A stretch of DNA of 40,000 nucleotides from Peptococcaceae bacterium (GTDB taxonomy: Bacteria > Bacillota > DSM-12270 > Thermacetogeniales > Thermacetogeniaceae). The stretch covers positions 1 through 40,000 of the forward strand of contig JAHFCR010000001.1 of the NCBI GenBank assembly GCA_023249405.1. Direction: 5' to 3'. Positions 1 to 8,685 of the stretch are shown piece by piece (position 1 is the first letter of the stretch; each line of letters starts with the position of its first letter). The notes under the pieces were generated by a model that saw nothing but the letters and a program-made list of their open reading frames with translations, was not told the DNA's origin and searched no databases. A program made the translations under genes and the position numbers.

Positions 1-6
1 TTTCTC

Positions 7-81
7 TGGTGCGCCATGAGGGACTTGAACCCACAACCTTGTGATTAAGAGTCACCTGCTCTACCATTGAGCTAATGGCGC
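7..81 (-). tRNA. tRNA-Lys (anticodon CTT)
   Basis: The reverse complement folds as a cloverleaf. Acceptor stem GCGCCAT/ATGGCGC, D arm GCTC..GAGC, anticodon loop CTCTTAA, T loop TTCAAGT, encoded CCA. One U-U mismatch in the T stem. Confidence 0.85.
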
Positions 82-147
82 ATGTTCAGTTGTTAATCGG
101 GCACAGATTATATTATATATCAAAATAATTTTGATGTACTATCAAAA

Positions 148-222
148 TGGCTGGGGCGGGAGGATTCGAACCTTCGCATGCAGGATCCAAAGTCCCGTGC
201 CTTACCGCTTGGCTACGCCCCA
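148..222 (-). tRNA. tRNA-Gln (anticodon TTG)
   Basis: The reverse complement is TGGGGCGTAGCCAAGCGGTAAGGCA... Anticodon stem-loop CGGGA-CTTTGGA-TCCTG, T loop TTCGAAT, 3' CGCCCCAGCCA. Confidence 0.85.
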
Positions 223-231
223 GTTTATATT

Positions 232-309
232 TGGGGTGGATGATGGGGCTCGAACCCACGACCCCCAGGGCCACAACCTGGTGCTCTATCCAACTGAGCT
301 ACACCCACC
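232..309 (-). tRNA. tRNA-His (anticodon GTG) with extra 5' G(-1)
   Basis: The reverse complement is GGTGGGTGTAGCTCAGTTGGATAGAGCA. Anticodon stem-loop CCAGG-TTGTGGC-CCTGG, T loop TTCGAGC, CCA end. G-1 opposite C73 is typical of tRNA-His. Confidence 0.9.
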
Positions 310-340
310 ATGTCTACAGCATCAGCAATTTATATTTTAA

Positions 341-535
341 TCGCGAACCCGGTGCCTGTCAACCTGCAGGATGAGTTGTGTGTCGCCCGTGGGAGCAACC
401 ATACTGGCCATGCTGATCCTGGGGGAAAAACCAGGCCTGTCTCAACTGCTAGGCGGACTAGTGATCATCACCGGTCTCTTCCTGTTCATCACTGCCACCG
501 GAAGACCGGAACAGACAGAAAGTTGTCAAATCTGA
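341..535 (+). pseudogene. Isolated C-terminal remnant of an EamA/DMT-family transporter
   Basis: The frame-2 translation ...SPVGATILAMLILGEKPGLSQLLGGLVIITGLFLFITATGRPEQTESCQI* is a typical last TM pair of an EamA domain. There is no upstream coding sequence: an in-frame stop lies at 338-340 and tRNA-His ends at 309. Confidence 0.6.
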
Positions 536-565
536 TTTTAATTGTTCCGCACTTTGCCGCGGTAA

Positions 566-1211
566 AAAGGAAATGAGGAAGTGACCGTCCTCTTCAGCTG
601 CAATCCGGTCTTCGTTGTCCTTTTTGCGTTCATGATGCTGCATGAGAAAATATACCGGCACACAGTGCTCTCTATCATTGTCAGCGTTTTAGGCATTGTT
701 GTCATTATGAATCCGCTGCATATGTCCGGCAATATATTAGTTGTTGTTCTGACCATTTTCTCCGCCGTTACTTTTGCTCTTTACAGTGTTGTTGGGCGCC
801 AACGCAGTGAGCGCTATGGCAGCATTGCCCTAACCTGCCTTAGCTTCTTGTTCGGCAGCATTGAGATGCTTCTATTGATTCTGGTTACCAGAATCAACTC
901 CATTTCCGCTCTCTTAACGCAGGCTGGGCTGAAACCGTTCGCAGACGTACCGATCCTGCATGGCATCAGCATGCCTGATTTATATCGGTATATTCGTCAC
1001 CGGGATGGGTTATACATTTTATTTTCTGGCCATGGAGGCAACCACAGCAGCAACAGCCTCGCTCGTATTTTTTATTAAACCCGGGCTGGCACCCATTCTG
1101 GCGCTGATCATTATCCGGGAGCCGATCACAATCGCCATGGTCATTGGAATTCTGTTGATCACCGCAGGATCTCTCATTTCCTTTATTCCAGTATTCCAGG
1201 CTTCAGATTGA
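566..1211 (+). pseudogene. EamA/DMT-family transporter, N-terminally truncated and frameshifted
   Basis: Two overlapping ORFs (581..1078 and 960..1211, different frames) together give the end of a first EamA repeat plus a full second repeat (...YIGIFVTGMGYTFYFLAMEATTAATASLVFFIKP...). The frame switches near 960-1000. An in-frame stop at 563-565 removes about the first 90 residues. Confidence 0.65.
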
Positions 1212-1733
1212 GGAGGAACAAAGGCCTTGAGGATCTCAAAGAGGACCTCGAAATTGAGGAAAGTGGATTTGCGTCCGAGATCGACGAAACAACCATCAGC
1301 TAGCCACAAGCACTCTGGGTAGATGTACCCCCCCCCAAAGCCAATTCTCTGACAATCATCTCCTCAGCGCTTTGGCCCAAAAACTACATTAAAAACAAGT
1401 TTTATCCCGATATAAGATTTGAAGGGTTTGCAGTTGGTTTTTTATAATATCTGTGCATAATTTTAACCTGGTTAAGCCAATGAATCAAAAATCACGCGAC
1501 TTCAAGCATAGGTGTCAGGTGAGGGTTCTGTATCAGAACAGCAGGCAGGCGCATAACATGAGAGGTGCGAGGCTAGATTCTTGACGGCATTGGCTTTGCC
1601 AATGCTTTCGCGCCAGGCATGGCGATCGTGCATTTAACACCATTCGGCTTCAACTCATGATCTGAAGGTATCCGTTGAGCGTTGGACACCAGCTTCGCAC
1701 CCCACACATCTCATTTTAAGGAGGTTTCACGGA

Positions 1734-2402
1734 ATGAGCACCAACTACCTCAACCAGCCGCAACCCTTCGTGCCTCCCGGGCAACACGGCCTGCCACCCC
1801 TGCCCTATTCTTATAATGCACTGGAGCCGGTGATCAGCGCCCGAACGCTGGAGATTCACCACGACCGTCTGCATCAAGGCTACGTGGACAATCTGAACAG
1901 GACCGAGCTTCAGTTAGTACAAGCCCGGCAGACGAACAATTTCGAGCAGATCAGGGGACTGGAGCGCAACCTGGCTTTCAACGGCTCTGGACATATCCTG
2001 CACAGCATCTACTGGACGATCATGATCCCCGGAGGCACCGGGCAGCCATATGGGCAGACCGAGTATCAGATTATCAAGTATTTCGGCAGCATTTCCGCCT
2101 TTTTCAAGCAGTTCGCGGAGGCTTCTAAAGACGTGGAAGCCTCGGGTTGGGGTGTTCTGGCCTGGGTGCCGAGCTTTGGCCACCTGGAGGTCCTTACAGC
2201 CGAGAACCACCAGAAGCTGACAGATTGGGGCTGCATCCCGGTGCTGGTCTGCGATGTCTGGGAGCACGCCTACTATCTAGACTATGAGAACCGCCGCCCA
2301 GACTACATCAAAGCCTGGTGGAGGCTGGTGAACTGGGACGAGGTGGAACTGCGGATCAATATGGCTCTACAGGCCAGTGTACCGCTCACCGCGCCCCGTT
2401 AG
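1734..2402 (+). CDS. Fe/Mn-family superoxide dismutase
   Basis: Contains LPPLPYSYNALEP, HHDRLHQGYV and DVWEHAYYLDYENRRPDYIKAWW motifs. RBS AAGGAGG lies 9 nt upstream. About 18 extra N-terminal residues compared with typical SODs. Confidence 0.93.
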   Translation: MSTNYLNQPQPFVPPGQHGLPPLPYSYNALEPVISARTLEIHHDRLHQGYVDNLNRTELQLVQARQTNNFEQIRGLERNLAFNGSGHILHSIYWTIMIPGGTGQPYGQTEYQIIKYFGSISAFFKQFAEASKDVEASGWGVLAWVPSFGHLEVLTAENHQKLTDWGCIPVLVCDVWEHAYYLDYENRRPDYIKAWWRLVNWDEVELRINMALQASVPLTAPR

Positions 2403-2403
2403 G

Positions 2404-2676
2404 ACTGAAGATTAGCTGGTCTGATCACACCAAAAGTGCCCGCCGGATCCCGTCTACAGGGGTAACCGCGCGCTCGGCTAACCACCACAAGTCTCTGCAG
2501 GAGATTAGTGGCAGTGCCAGAGAACGGTATGTAACCGTCTTGCCTGTGCCATTTTTTGATGTGTAAGTATGCTTTGAGCACCAACCGGATAACGGCGTCT
2601 ACCGTTTTCGAAGAAGCGGGAACATGAGAGCCGGGTGTGCACCCAGAGGGCACTCGGGGCGGGTCATCGGTTAATA
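2404..2676 (+). repeat. Degenerate composite copy (copy 0) of the modular intergenic element family
   Basis: It begins right after the SOD stop codon and shares several blocks with the other copies. ctgaagattagctgg matches ctgaagtttagttga of copy 2. gtgcccgccgg is also present at copy 4. cttgcctgtgccatttt matches cttgcctatgccgtttt. ccggataacggcg...cgaagaagcggga...catcggttaata matches ccggatacggcg...aagaagcaggag...catcggataaa. Confidence 0.45.
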
Positions 2677-2881
2677 TCGAGACGAAGAGCGCCCAGTCGA
2701 AGAAGCTACAGAATTATCTAAAAAAGGCGATCGGAAAGCAGGATAATCTCTTTCTTTAGCCAATATTATTTACATCTGTATTACATCATCATGATCGAAG
2801 AGTTGCGAAACAATGAGACATGCGGCGGAATTAAAATTATTCCGCTCGAACCAAATATATGTGCTTTTCGAAGAGCAATGG

Positions 2882-2916
2882 GGTTCTCCGGGGAGTGACT
2901 CCCGAAGAACCTTTTT
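2882..2916 (+). terminator. Rho-independent terminator-like hairpin in the liv leader (possible attenuator)
   Basis: Stem ggttctccgggg (2882-2893) pairs with tcccgaagaacc (2900-2911), 11 of 12 bp, loop agtgac. It is followed by TTTTT (2912-2916) and lies about 35 nt before the livK start. Confidence 0.6.
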
Positions 2917-2950
2917 GTGTAAAAAAATAAAAAAAGAGGGGGATTGCTTA

Positions 2951-4147
2951 GTGCAGCTTCGGTGTAAGTCTTTGACGTTTTTCCTGATGGCAGCTTTAGT
3001 TCTGGTTGTAGTGGGTCTTGTTGTGACAGGTTGTGCCCCCAAGGCCAACGTGATCAAGGTAGCCACCGTAACTCCGCTGTCCGGTTCGCAGGCGGCAGTT
3101 GGCGAGTCGATCAAGCTCGGGGCGCAGATAGCGGTCGAGGAACAGAAGGATGCCTTCACCAAGCTCGGTTTCGCCCTGCAACTCGACCCGCAGGATGACC
3201 AGGCCGACCCGAAAGTGGGGGTCGATGTCGCCCAGAAGCTGATCGCCGATAAGGAGGTCCTGGGAGTCGACGGCCACTATAACTCGGGCGTGGCCATTCC
3301 TGCCTCCGAGGTGTACAAGACTGACAACCTGACTGAAGTTTCACCGGCCAACACCAATCCGAAGGTCACCGACCGCAAGTACCTGGATGTTAACCGGATC
3401 TGCGCCCGGGACGATGAACAGGGACCATTCGGCGCTGACTACGCCTTCAACACACTGAAAGCCAAGAATATCTACATCGTCGACGACAAGACCACGTACG
3501 GGGCGGGCGTCGCCCAGCAATTTGAGGCGCGGGCAAAGGCTGATGGGGCTACCATTCTCGGCCACGACGGCATCACTGCCGGAGAGACCGATTTCAGCGC
3601 TGTGCTGGACAAGGCAGGCTCAGCCAAGCCGGATCTGCTCTACTTCGGCGGCATGTTCCCCGAGGGTTCGCTGCTCCTCAAGCAGATGCGGGACAAGGGC
3701 ATCAACGCCACATTCATGGGCGCCGATGGCATGGACGACCCGCAGATGGCCAAGATCGCCGGCAATGATGTGATCGGTGCTTATTACACTACGGCTGCCG
3801 GTGATATCAACTCCACACCGGAGGGCAAGGCATGGGCTGACAAGTACACCAAGGAGTTCAACCAGCAGCCCGGCGCCTACGCTGTTTACGGCTACGACTC
3901 CATGAACGTGCTCCTGGATGGGATCAAGAAGGCGATCGCCGACAACGGCGGCAAGGCGCCGAGCCGTCTGCAGGTCTCCCAGGCCGTTCGTGCCACCAAG
4001 GATTTCCAGGGCATCTCCTCAAAAGTAACCTTTGATGACAAGGGTGACAACCTATACGCCATGCTGTTCATGAAAGAATACAAGACAGCCGATTACCCGC
4101 CGGCGGTCATCCAGTCGGGTACTGCCGGTCAATATCTGCAAAAATAG
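2951..4147 (+). CDS. livK: Branched-chain amino acid ABC transporter substrate-binding lipoprotein (LivK/LivJ family)
   Basis: Lipobox VVTGC after a hydrophobic signal peptide, and a periplasmic-binding-protein type I fold (VATVTPLSGSQAAVGESIKLGAQIAVEE...). I prefer the GTG start at 2951 with RBS AGAGGGGG over the ORF-track start at 2813. Followed by livHMGF. Confidence 0.85.
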   Translation: MQLRCKSLTFFLMAALVLVVVGLVVTGCAPKANVIKVATVTPLSGSQAAVGESIKLGAQIAVEEQKDAFTKLGFALQLDPQDDQADPKVGVDVAQKLIADKEVLGVDGHYNSGVAIPASEVYKTDNLTEVSPANTNPKVTDRKYLDVNRICARDDEQGPFGADYAFNTLKAKNIYIVDDKTTYGAGVAQQFEARAKADGATILGHDGITAGETDFSAVLDKAGSAKPDLLYFGGMFPEGSLLLKQMRDKGINATFMGADGMDDPQMAKIAGNDVIGAYYTTAAGDINSTPEGKAWADKYTKEFNQQPGAYAVYGYDSMNVLLDGIKKAIADNGGKAPSRLQVSQAVRATKDFQGISSKVTFDDKGDNLYAMLFMKEYKTADYPPAVIQSGTAGQYLQK

Positions 4148-4160
4148 ATTAATAACTGGC

Positions 4161-4202
4161 GTTAGAAGACCGGGCGCGCGCCCGGTCTTCTAACGGCCTT
4201 TT
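4161..4202 (+). terminator. Rho-independent terminator/attenuator after livK
   Basis: A perfect 16-bp GC-rich stem, gttagaagaccgggcg / cgcccggtcttctaac, followed by ggccTTTTg. Confidence 0.7.
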
Positions 4203-4423
4203 GTAAAGGAATGAACATGTGCCCCTAAACGGGCGACCGGGTGAGTACCCCGGGCCCATGATATTCGTTTCGCTCACTCGACAAGCGGTAGGAATCAGAT
4301 ACCCGGTTATCGCTTCTCTTTTTCCGATTTTTGTTTCTGGTCTTTTCCGGCTTCTAGCCGCATCGGGTTCACCGGGCCCTGCACTGCTTCAAGCATGTAA
4401 TATTTGGAGGTTGGCCCATTCTA

Positions 4424-5383
4424 ATGGAGCAATTATTACACATTTTGCCACAGAGCCTGCTGGACGGATTAACCCTGGGTTTTGTCTACGCCATGGTGGC
4501 GTTGGGATACACCATGATCTATGGCGTCATGGAGCTGATCAACTTCGCCCACAGCGAGGTCTTCATGGTGGGCGCCTTTGCCGGAACTGAGATGCTGCTC
4601 TTCCTGCAAAGCAGGGGCTATTTAGGCACAATGCCCGCCCCTGTCGCCCTGATCGTGGCTCTAATGGCCGGAATTCTGATGAGCGGCACCCTGGGGGTGC
4701 TGATCGAACGGATCGCCTACCGCCCGATCAGGTATGCCCCCCGCCTGGTCCCTTTTATCTCAGCGATCGGAGTCTCCTTTTTCCTGCAGGATGCCGTGCG
4801 CCTGATCGAGGGCCTGTGGAAGAATGCCTTCTACCTGACTGCGCCTAGCCTGTTCACTTCGGTGATCACCATCACTCCCGGGTTAAGGGTCCCCGCCAAG
4901 TCGCTGATCGTGATCCTGGCCGCCCTGATCATGATGCTCGCCCTCAACATCTTCGTGACTCGCAGCAAGTGGGGCAAGGCAATCAGGGCGGTGGCCCAGG
5001 ACAAGGAGACGGCCTCCCTGATGAGCATCAACGTCAACAGCGTGATCGCCCTGACCTTTTTCGTCGGAGGCGGCATGGGGGGAGCAGCCGGAACGCTTTT
5101 TGCCACCCAGTATTCTCTGATCGACCCGTACATCGGCTTCATCCTCGGCATCAAGGCCTTCACAGCGGCTGTCCTGGGCGGGATCGGGAGTATTCCCGGG
5201 GCCATGGTCGGAGGCCTGTTGCTAGGCATTCTGGAATCTACCGGGATCGTGATCCTGGGCTTTGCTACCCACGGAGCCATCGGCATCGAGTATAAAGATG
5301 TTTTGGCATTCGTCATCCTGATCATTATTCTCATATTTAAGCCCGGCGGCATCCTGGGAGAGGAAGTGAGGGAAAAGGTATGA
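4424..5383 (+). CDS. livH: Branched-chain amino acid ABC transporter permease (LivH family)
   Basis: Multi-TM protein with a typical LivH N-terminus, LLDGLTLGFVYAMVALGYTMIYGVMELINFAHSE. RBS TGGAGG upstream. Confidence 0.9.
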   Translation: MEQLLHILPQSLLDGLTLGFVYAMVALGYTMIYGVMELINFAHSEVFMVGAFAGTEMLLFLQSRGYLGTMPAPVALIVALMAGILMSGTLGVLIERIAYRPIRYAPRLVPFISAIGVSFFLQDAVRLIEGLWKNAFYLTAPSLFTSVITITPGLRVPAKSLIVILAALIMMLALNIFVTRSKWGKAIRAVAQDKETASLMSINVNSVIALTFFVGGGMGGAAGTLFATQYSLIDPYIGFILGIKAFTAAVLGGIGSIPGAMVGGLLLGILESTGIVILGFATHGAIGIEYKDVLAFVILIIILIFKPGGILGEEVREKV

Positions 5384-6663
5384 CAAAGCAAAAAGAACAT
5401 CTGTTCCCAGCCAGCGGAATGCCGGCCTCACAGCTCCTGGCCTGGGTCTTCATCATCGGGGCGGGAGTGTTGTTCTACTTGCTGCCGAACTCGGCCATCG
5501 CCTTTATTATGTTTCTGGCATCATTCCTGGTCCTGTACAAGACGCCGGCCGCTCCGCTCATCAAATTGCCGGTGGCAGCCTTATGGCTGTGTGTGATTAT
5601 GCCTCTGGCCGGATTGCAGAATACTTATTACCTGGGCGTAGTGACCCAGGCAGGCATCTATGTCGCTCTGGCAGTCGGTCTGAACATCGTCGTCGGCTTT
5701 GCCGGGCTGCTGGACATGGGCTACGTGGCTTTTTACGCCTCAGGCGCCTACATCTATTCCATCTTTGCCACAACGCAGGCAGCAAACTTCATCCATTTCC
5801 CTTGGGCGCACTTCCCGATCTCCGGGATGTGGTTCTGGCCGTTTTTGATCTTCGGCATGCTCATCGCGGCGCTGTTCGGCATACTGCTGGGCTTTCCGGT
5901 ACTGCGCCTGCGGGGAGACTACCTGGCGATCGTCACCCTCGGGTTTGGGGAGATCATCAGGATCGTCCTGAACAACCTGGACAAGCCGATCAACATCACC
6001 AATGGACCCCAGGGTCTGACCCCGATCCAGGCCCCGGCTCTGTTCGGGCACATCCTGAATCAGCCATTAGACTACTATTTCATTGTTCTGGTAGCCATCC
6101 TTCTGATCATCATTGTGGCCCGGAGGCTGGAAGTTTCACGCATCGGCCGCGCCTGGGCCGCCATGAGGGAGGATGAGCTGGCGGCGCGCAGCATGGGAGT
6201 GCCTCTGGTCAAGATGAAGCTGATGGCCTTTGCTATCGGCGCCTCTTTTGCCGGGGCGATGGGCGTGATCTTCGCTGCCAAGCAGACCTTCGTCGATCCC
6301 TCCAGCTTCACATTCATGGAGTCGATCGGCATCCTGGCGATGATCATCCTCGGGGGCATGGGCAATGTCGCCGGAGCAGTGGTGGGAGCAGTATCGGTGG
6401 TAGTGCTGCAGTTGCAGATCCTGAAACAACTGTCCGATTATCTGGGCCAGCTTTCAGCCGAGGGCATCCTTAACATACCGTCACAGATCGACCCGGCTAA
6501 ATACGAAAGAATGATCTTCGGACTGATCCTGATCCTGATGTGCATCTACCGATCGCAGGGTATCCTGCCGGCCAAACGGCGCCTTGCCTCCTGGTGGGAG
6601 CAGATCCGGACGCGGGGAACTAAAAAAGAGACGGAGGAGGGCGTCGATGCTGCTCGAAGCTAG
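5380..6663 (+). CDS. livM: Branched-chain amino acid ABC transporter permease (LivM family)
   Basis: Start overlaps the livH stop (ATGA). Contains LivM-type motifs GLNIVVGFAGLLDMGYVAFYASGAY and LRLRGDYLAIVTLGFGEI. Confidence 0.88.
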   Translation: MTKQKEHLFPASGMPASQLLAWVFIIGAGVLFYLLPNSAIAFIMFLASFLVLYKTPAAPLIKLPVAALWLCVIMPLAGLQNTYYLGVVTQAGIYVALAVGLNIVVGFAGLLDMGYVAFYASGAYIYSIFATTQAANFIHFPWAHFPISGMWFWPFLIFGMLIAALFGILLGFPVLRLRGDYLAIVTLGFGEIIRIVLNNLDKPINITNGPQGLTPIQAPALFGHILNQPLDYYFIVLVAILLIIIVARRLEVSRIGRAWAAMREDELAARSMGVPLVKMKLMAFAIGASFAGAMGVIFAAKQTFVDPSSFTFMESIGILAMIILGGMGNVAGAVVGAVSVVVLQLQILKQLSDYLGQLSAEGILNIPSQIDPAKYERMIFGLILILMCIYRSQGILPAKRRLASWWEQIRTRGTKKETEEGVDAARS

Positions 6664-7420
6664 AGGTGTGAGCAAGAGGTTCGGCGGCCTGATGGCGATC
6701 GACAAAATCGACTTCACCATGGAGGCCGGGCAGATCGCCAGCATCATCGGCCCCAATGGGGCTGGCAAGACCACCTTCTTCAACATGATCAGCGGTTATT
6801 ATTTTGCCGATCAGGGAACGATCACCCTCGACGGCAAGCGGTTGACGGGCCGGTCTCCGGAACATGTGGCCGGCTGTGGAATCGCCCGCACATTTCAAAA
6901 CATCCGTCTTTTTCCCGGTCTGATGGTACTCGAGAATGTCCTGGTGGGCATGCATCGGCACCTGTCCGCCAATCTCGCACAGATCGTGCTCAATACCCGG
7001 GGCATGCGCCGGGAGGAACAGCGAGCATACGAAGAGGCCAGGGAACTCCTGATCTATACCGGGCTGGAGGGGAAGGAGCAGGAACTGGCTAAAAATCTCT
7101 CCTACGGAGACCAGCGGCGGTTGGAGTTGGCTCGTGCCCTGGCCGTGAAGCCGAAATTACTGCTGCTGGATGAGCCGACCGCCGGGATGAACCCGCGGGA
7201 GACCGAAGAGATGACCACGTTTATCCGTAGGGTGCGGGACGAGAGGAACATCGCCATTCTATTGATCGAGCATGACATGAAGGTAGTGATGGGGATCTCC
7301 GAGCGGATCACTGTTCTCAACTATGGCGTTAAGATCGCCGAGGGTACCCCGAAAGAGATCCGCAGCCACAGTGAAGTGATCGCCGCTTACCTGGGCGAGG
7401 AAACGCCCGAAGAGAGCTGA
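6647..7420 (+). CDS. livG: Branched-chain amino acid ABC transporter ATP-binding protein (LivG family)
   Basis: Walker A GPNGAGKTT, signature LSYGDQRRLELARAL, Walker B LLLLDEP. ATG at 6647 follows RBS GGAGGAGGG, so the ORF-track start at 6584 is probably too far upstream. Confidence 0.9.
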   Translation: MLLEARGVSKRFGGLMAIDKIDFTMEAGQIASIIGPNGAGKTTFFNMISGYYFADQGTITLDGKRLTGRSPEHVAGCGIARTFQNIRLFPGLMVLENVLVGMHRHLSANLAQIVLNTRGMRREEQRAYEEARELLIYTGLEGKEQELAKNLSYGDQRRLELARALAVKPKLLLLDEPTAGMNPRETEEMTTFIRRVRDERNIAILLIEHDMKVVMGISERITVLNYGVKIAEGTPKEIRSHSEVIAAYLGEETPEES

Positions 7421-7456
7421 GCAGGATTAGCATGCCGAATAGGAGGAACCGGTAAG

Positions 7457-8167
7457 ATGGCAGTAGTGCTGAGCCTCAATAATATTGACACCTACTACGG
7501 ATCGATCCATGCGCTCAGGGGAGTCTCCCTGGAGGTCGAGGATGGGGAGATCGTCACCCTCATCGGCAGCAACGGGGCAGGTAAAACAACGACTCTGAAG
7601 ACAATCTCCGGGTTGTTGAAACCGAAAAATGGAGAGATCCGCTTCAAGGGGGAACAGATCAGCAACCTGCCGGCACATGAGGTGGCGGCACGGGGGGTGG
7701 CCCACGCCCCCGAGGGGCGAAAGATCTTTCCGCGGCTCACTGTTCAGGAAAACCTGGAGATGGGGTCTTTCCGGATCAAGGAACAGGCCCGGATCAACAA
7801 AAGCATGCAAACTGTCTTCGAGCTGTTTCCCCGCTTGCAGGAACGGCGCCACCAGAAGGGTGGGACGCTGAGCGGCGGTGAACAGCAGATGTTGGCGATC
7901 GGACGCGCCCTGATGAGCGAACCGGCCATTTTGTTATTGGATGAGCCCTCGATGGGCCTTGCCCCGATGCTGGTCGATCATATCTTTCAGGTGATCGGGC
8001 AGTTAAAGGAGCGGGGGATCACTATTCTCCTGGTCGAGCAAAACGCCCGCAAGGCGCTGAAGATAGCCCACCGTGGCTACGTCTTGCAAAACGGCGAGAT
8101 CGCTCTCTCCGGCAGCGGGGAGGAACTGCTGCACAACTCGATGGTGATCGACGCCTACCTGGGTTGA
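7457..8167 (+). CDS. livF: Branched-chain amino acid ABC transporter ATP-binding protein (LivF family)
   Basis: Walker A GSNGAGKTT, signature LSGGEQQMLAIGRAL, Walker B LLLLDEP. RBS AGGAGGA upstream. Confidence 0.9.
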   Translation: MAVVLSLNNIDTYYGSIHALRGVSLEVEDGEIVTLIGSNGAGKTTTLKTISGLLKPKNGEIRFKGEQISNLPAHEVAARGVAHAPEGRKIFPRLTVQENLEMGSFRIKEQARINKSMQTVFELFPRLQERRHQKGGTLSGGEQQMLAIGRALMSEPAILLLDEPSMGLAPMLVDHIFQVIGQLKERGITILLVEQNARKALKIAHRGYVLQNGEIALSGSGEELLHNSMVIDAYLG

Positions 8168-8215
8168 CCATCATTCTCAGTTCATCATGACTGCAACGCA
8201 ACCGAAATCCCTATG

Positions 8216-8244
8216 ATCGCGCCGACACCGAAGGTGCGATTTTT
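8216..8244 (+). terminator. Candidate terminator after livF
   Basis: Stem atcgcgc / gtgcgat (7 bp including one G-T), 11-nt loop, then TTTT. It lies between the convergent livF and panD genes. Confidence 0.4.
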
Positions 8245-8292
8245 GCATAATATTCAACCGCAACAGCCGGGCCACCTGCACAGCGATTGCCC

Positions 8293-8682
8293 CTACATCC
8301 CGCTTCCCACCTGAAGATTGCTGGCCGGCGCCGGCGTGGCTAGCGGCCGGTTGTGTTCGTCCACCTGCACCACCTGCGGCTGGTGGCCGCGGGCCCTGGC
8401 TTCGGGCAGTTCCGAGTACGACAGAATGATCAGGATGTCGCCGGGCTGACCGAGCCTGGCAGCGGCGCCATTCAGGCAGACCACCCCGGAGTCCCGGGGG
8501 CCTTCGATACAGTAGGTTTCAAACCGGGCGCCGTTGTTGTTGTTAACCACCTGCACCTGCTCGTATGGCAGAATATCGGCGGCATCCATCAGGGTCCGGT
8601 CAATGGTAATGCTGCCCACGTAGTTCAGATTCGCCTCGGTGAGCACTGCCCGGTGGATCTTCGATTTCAGCATTGTCCGCAT
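8293..8682 (-). CDS. panD: Aspartate 1-decarboxylase
   Basis: N-terminus [28 protein letters not shown] with the pyruvoyl-forming GS site. RBS lies within the end of panC. Confidence 0.93.
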   Translation of the reverse strand: MRTMLKSKIHRAVLTEANLNYVGSITIDRTLMDAADILPYEQVQVVNNNNGARFETYCIEGPRDSGVVCLNGAAARLGQPGDILIILSYSELPEARARGHQPQVVQVDEHNRPLATPAPASNLQVGSGM

Positions 8683-8685
8683 GGC

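Noticed and set aside
131-374. ORFs 131..340 and 147..374 (+), and likewise 23315..23503 and 23404..23640 (-)
   Set aside because: They run through tRNA genes and are artefacts of stop-free structured RNA sequence.
1019-1309. 96-aa minus-strand ORF that could be a mobile-element remnant beside the decayed EamA genes
   Set aside because: Most of it is antisense to the EamA coding sequence, and the remaining 100 nt gives no recognisable transposase or integrase motif.
2680-2950. T-box leader or CodY box in front of livK
   Set aside because: No T-box sequence or specifier-loop hallmarks are present. The palindrome ggaattaaaattattcc matches the CodY consensus AATTTTCWGAAAATT poorly.
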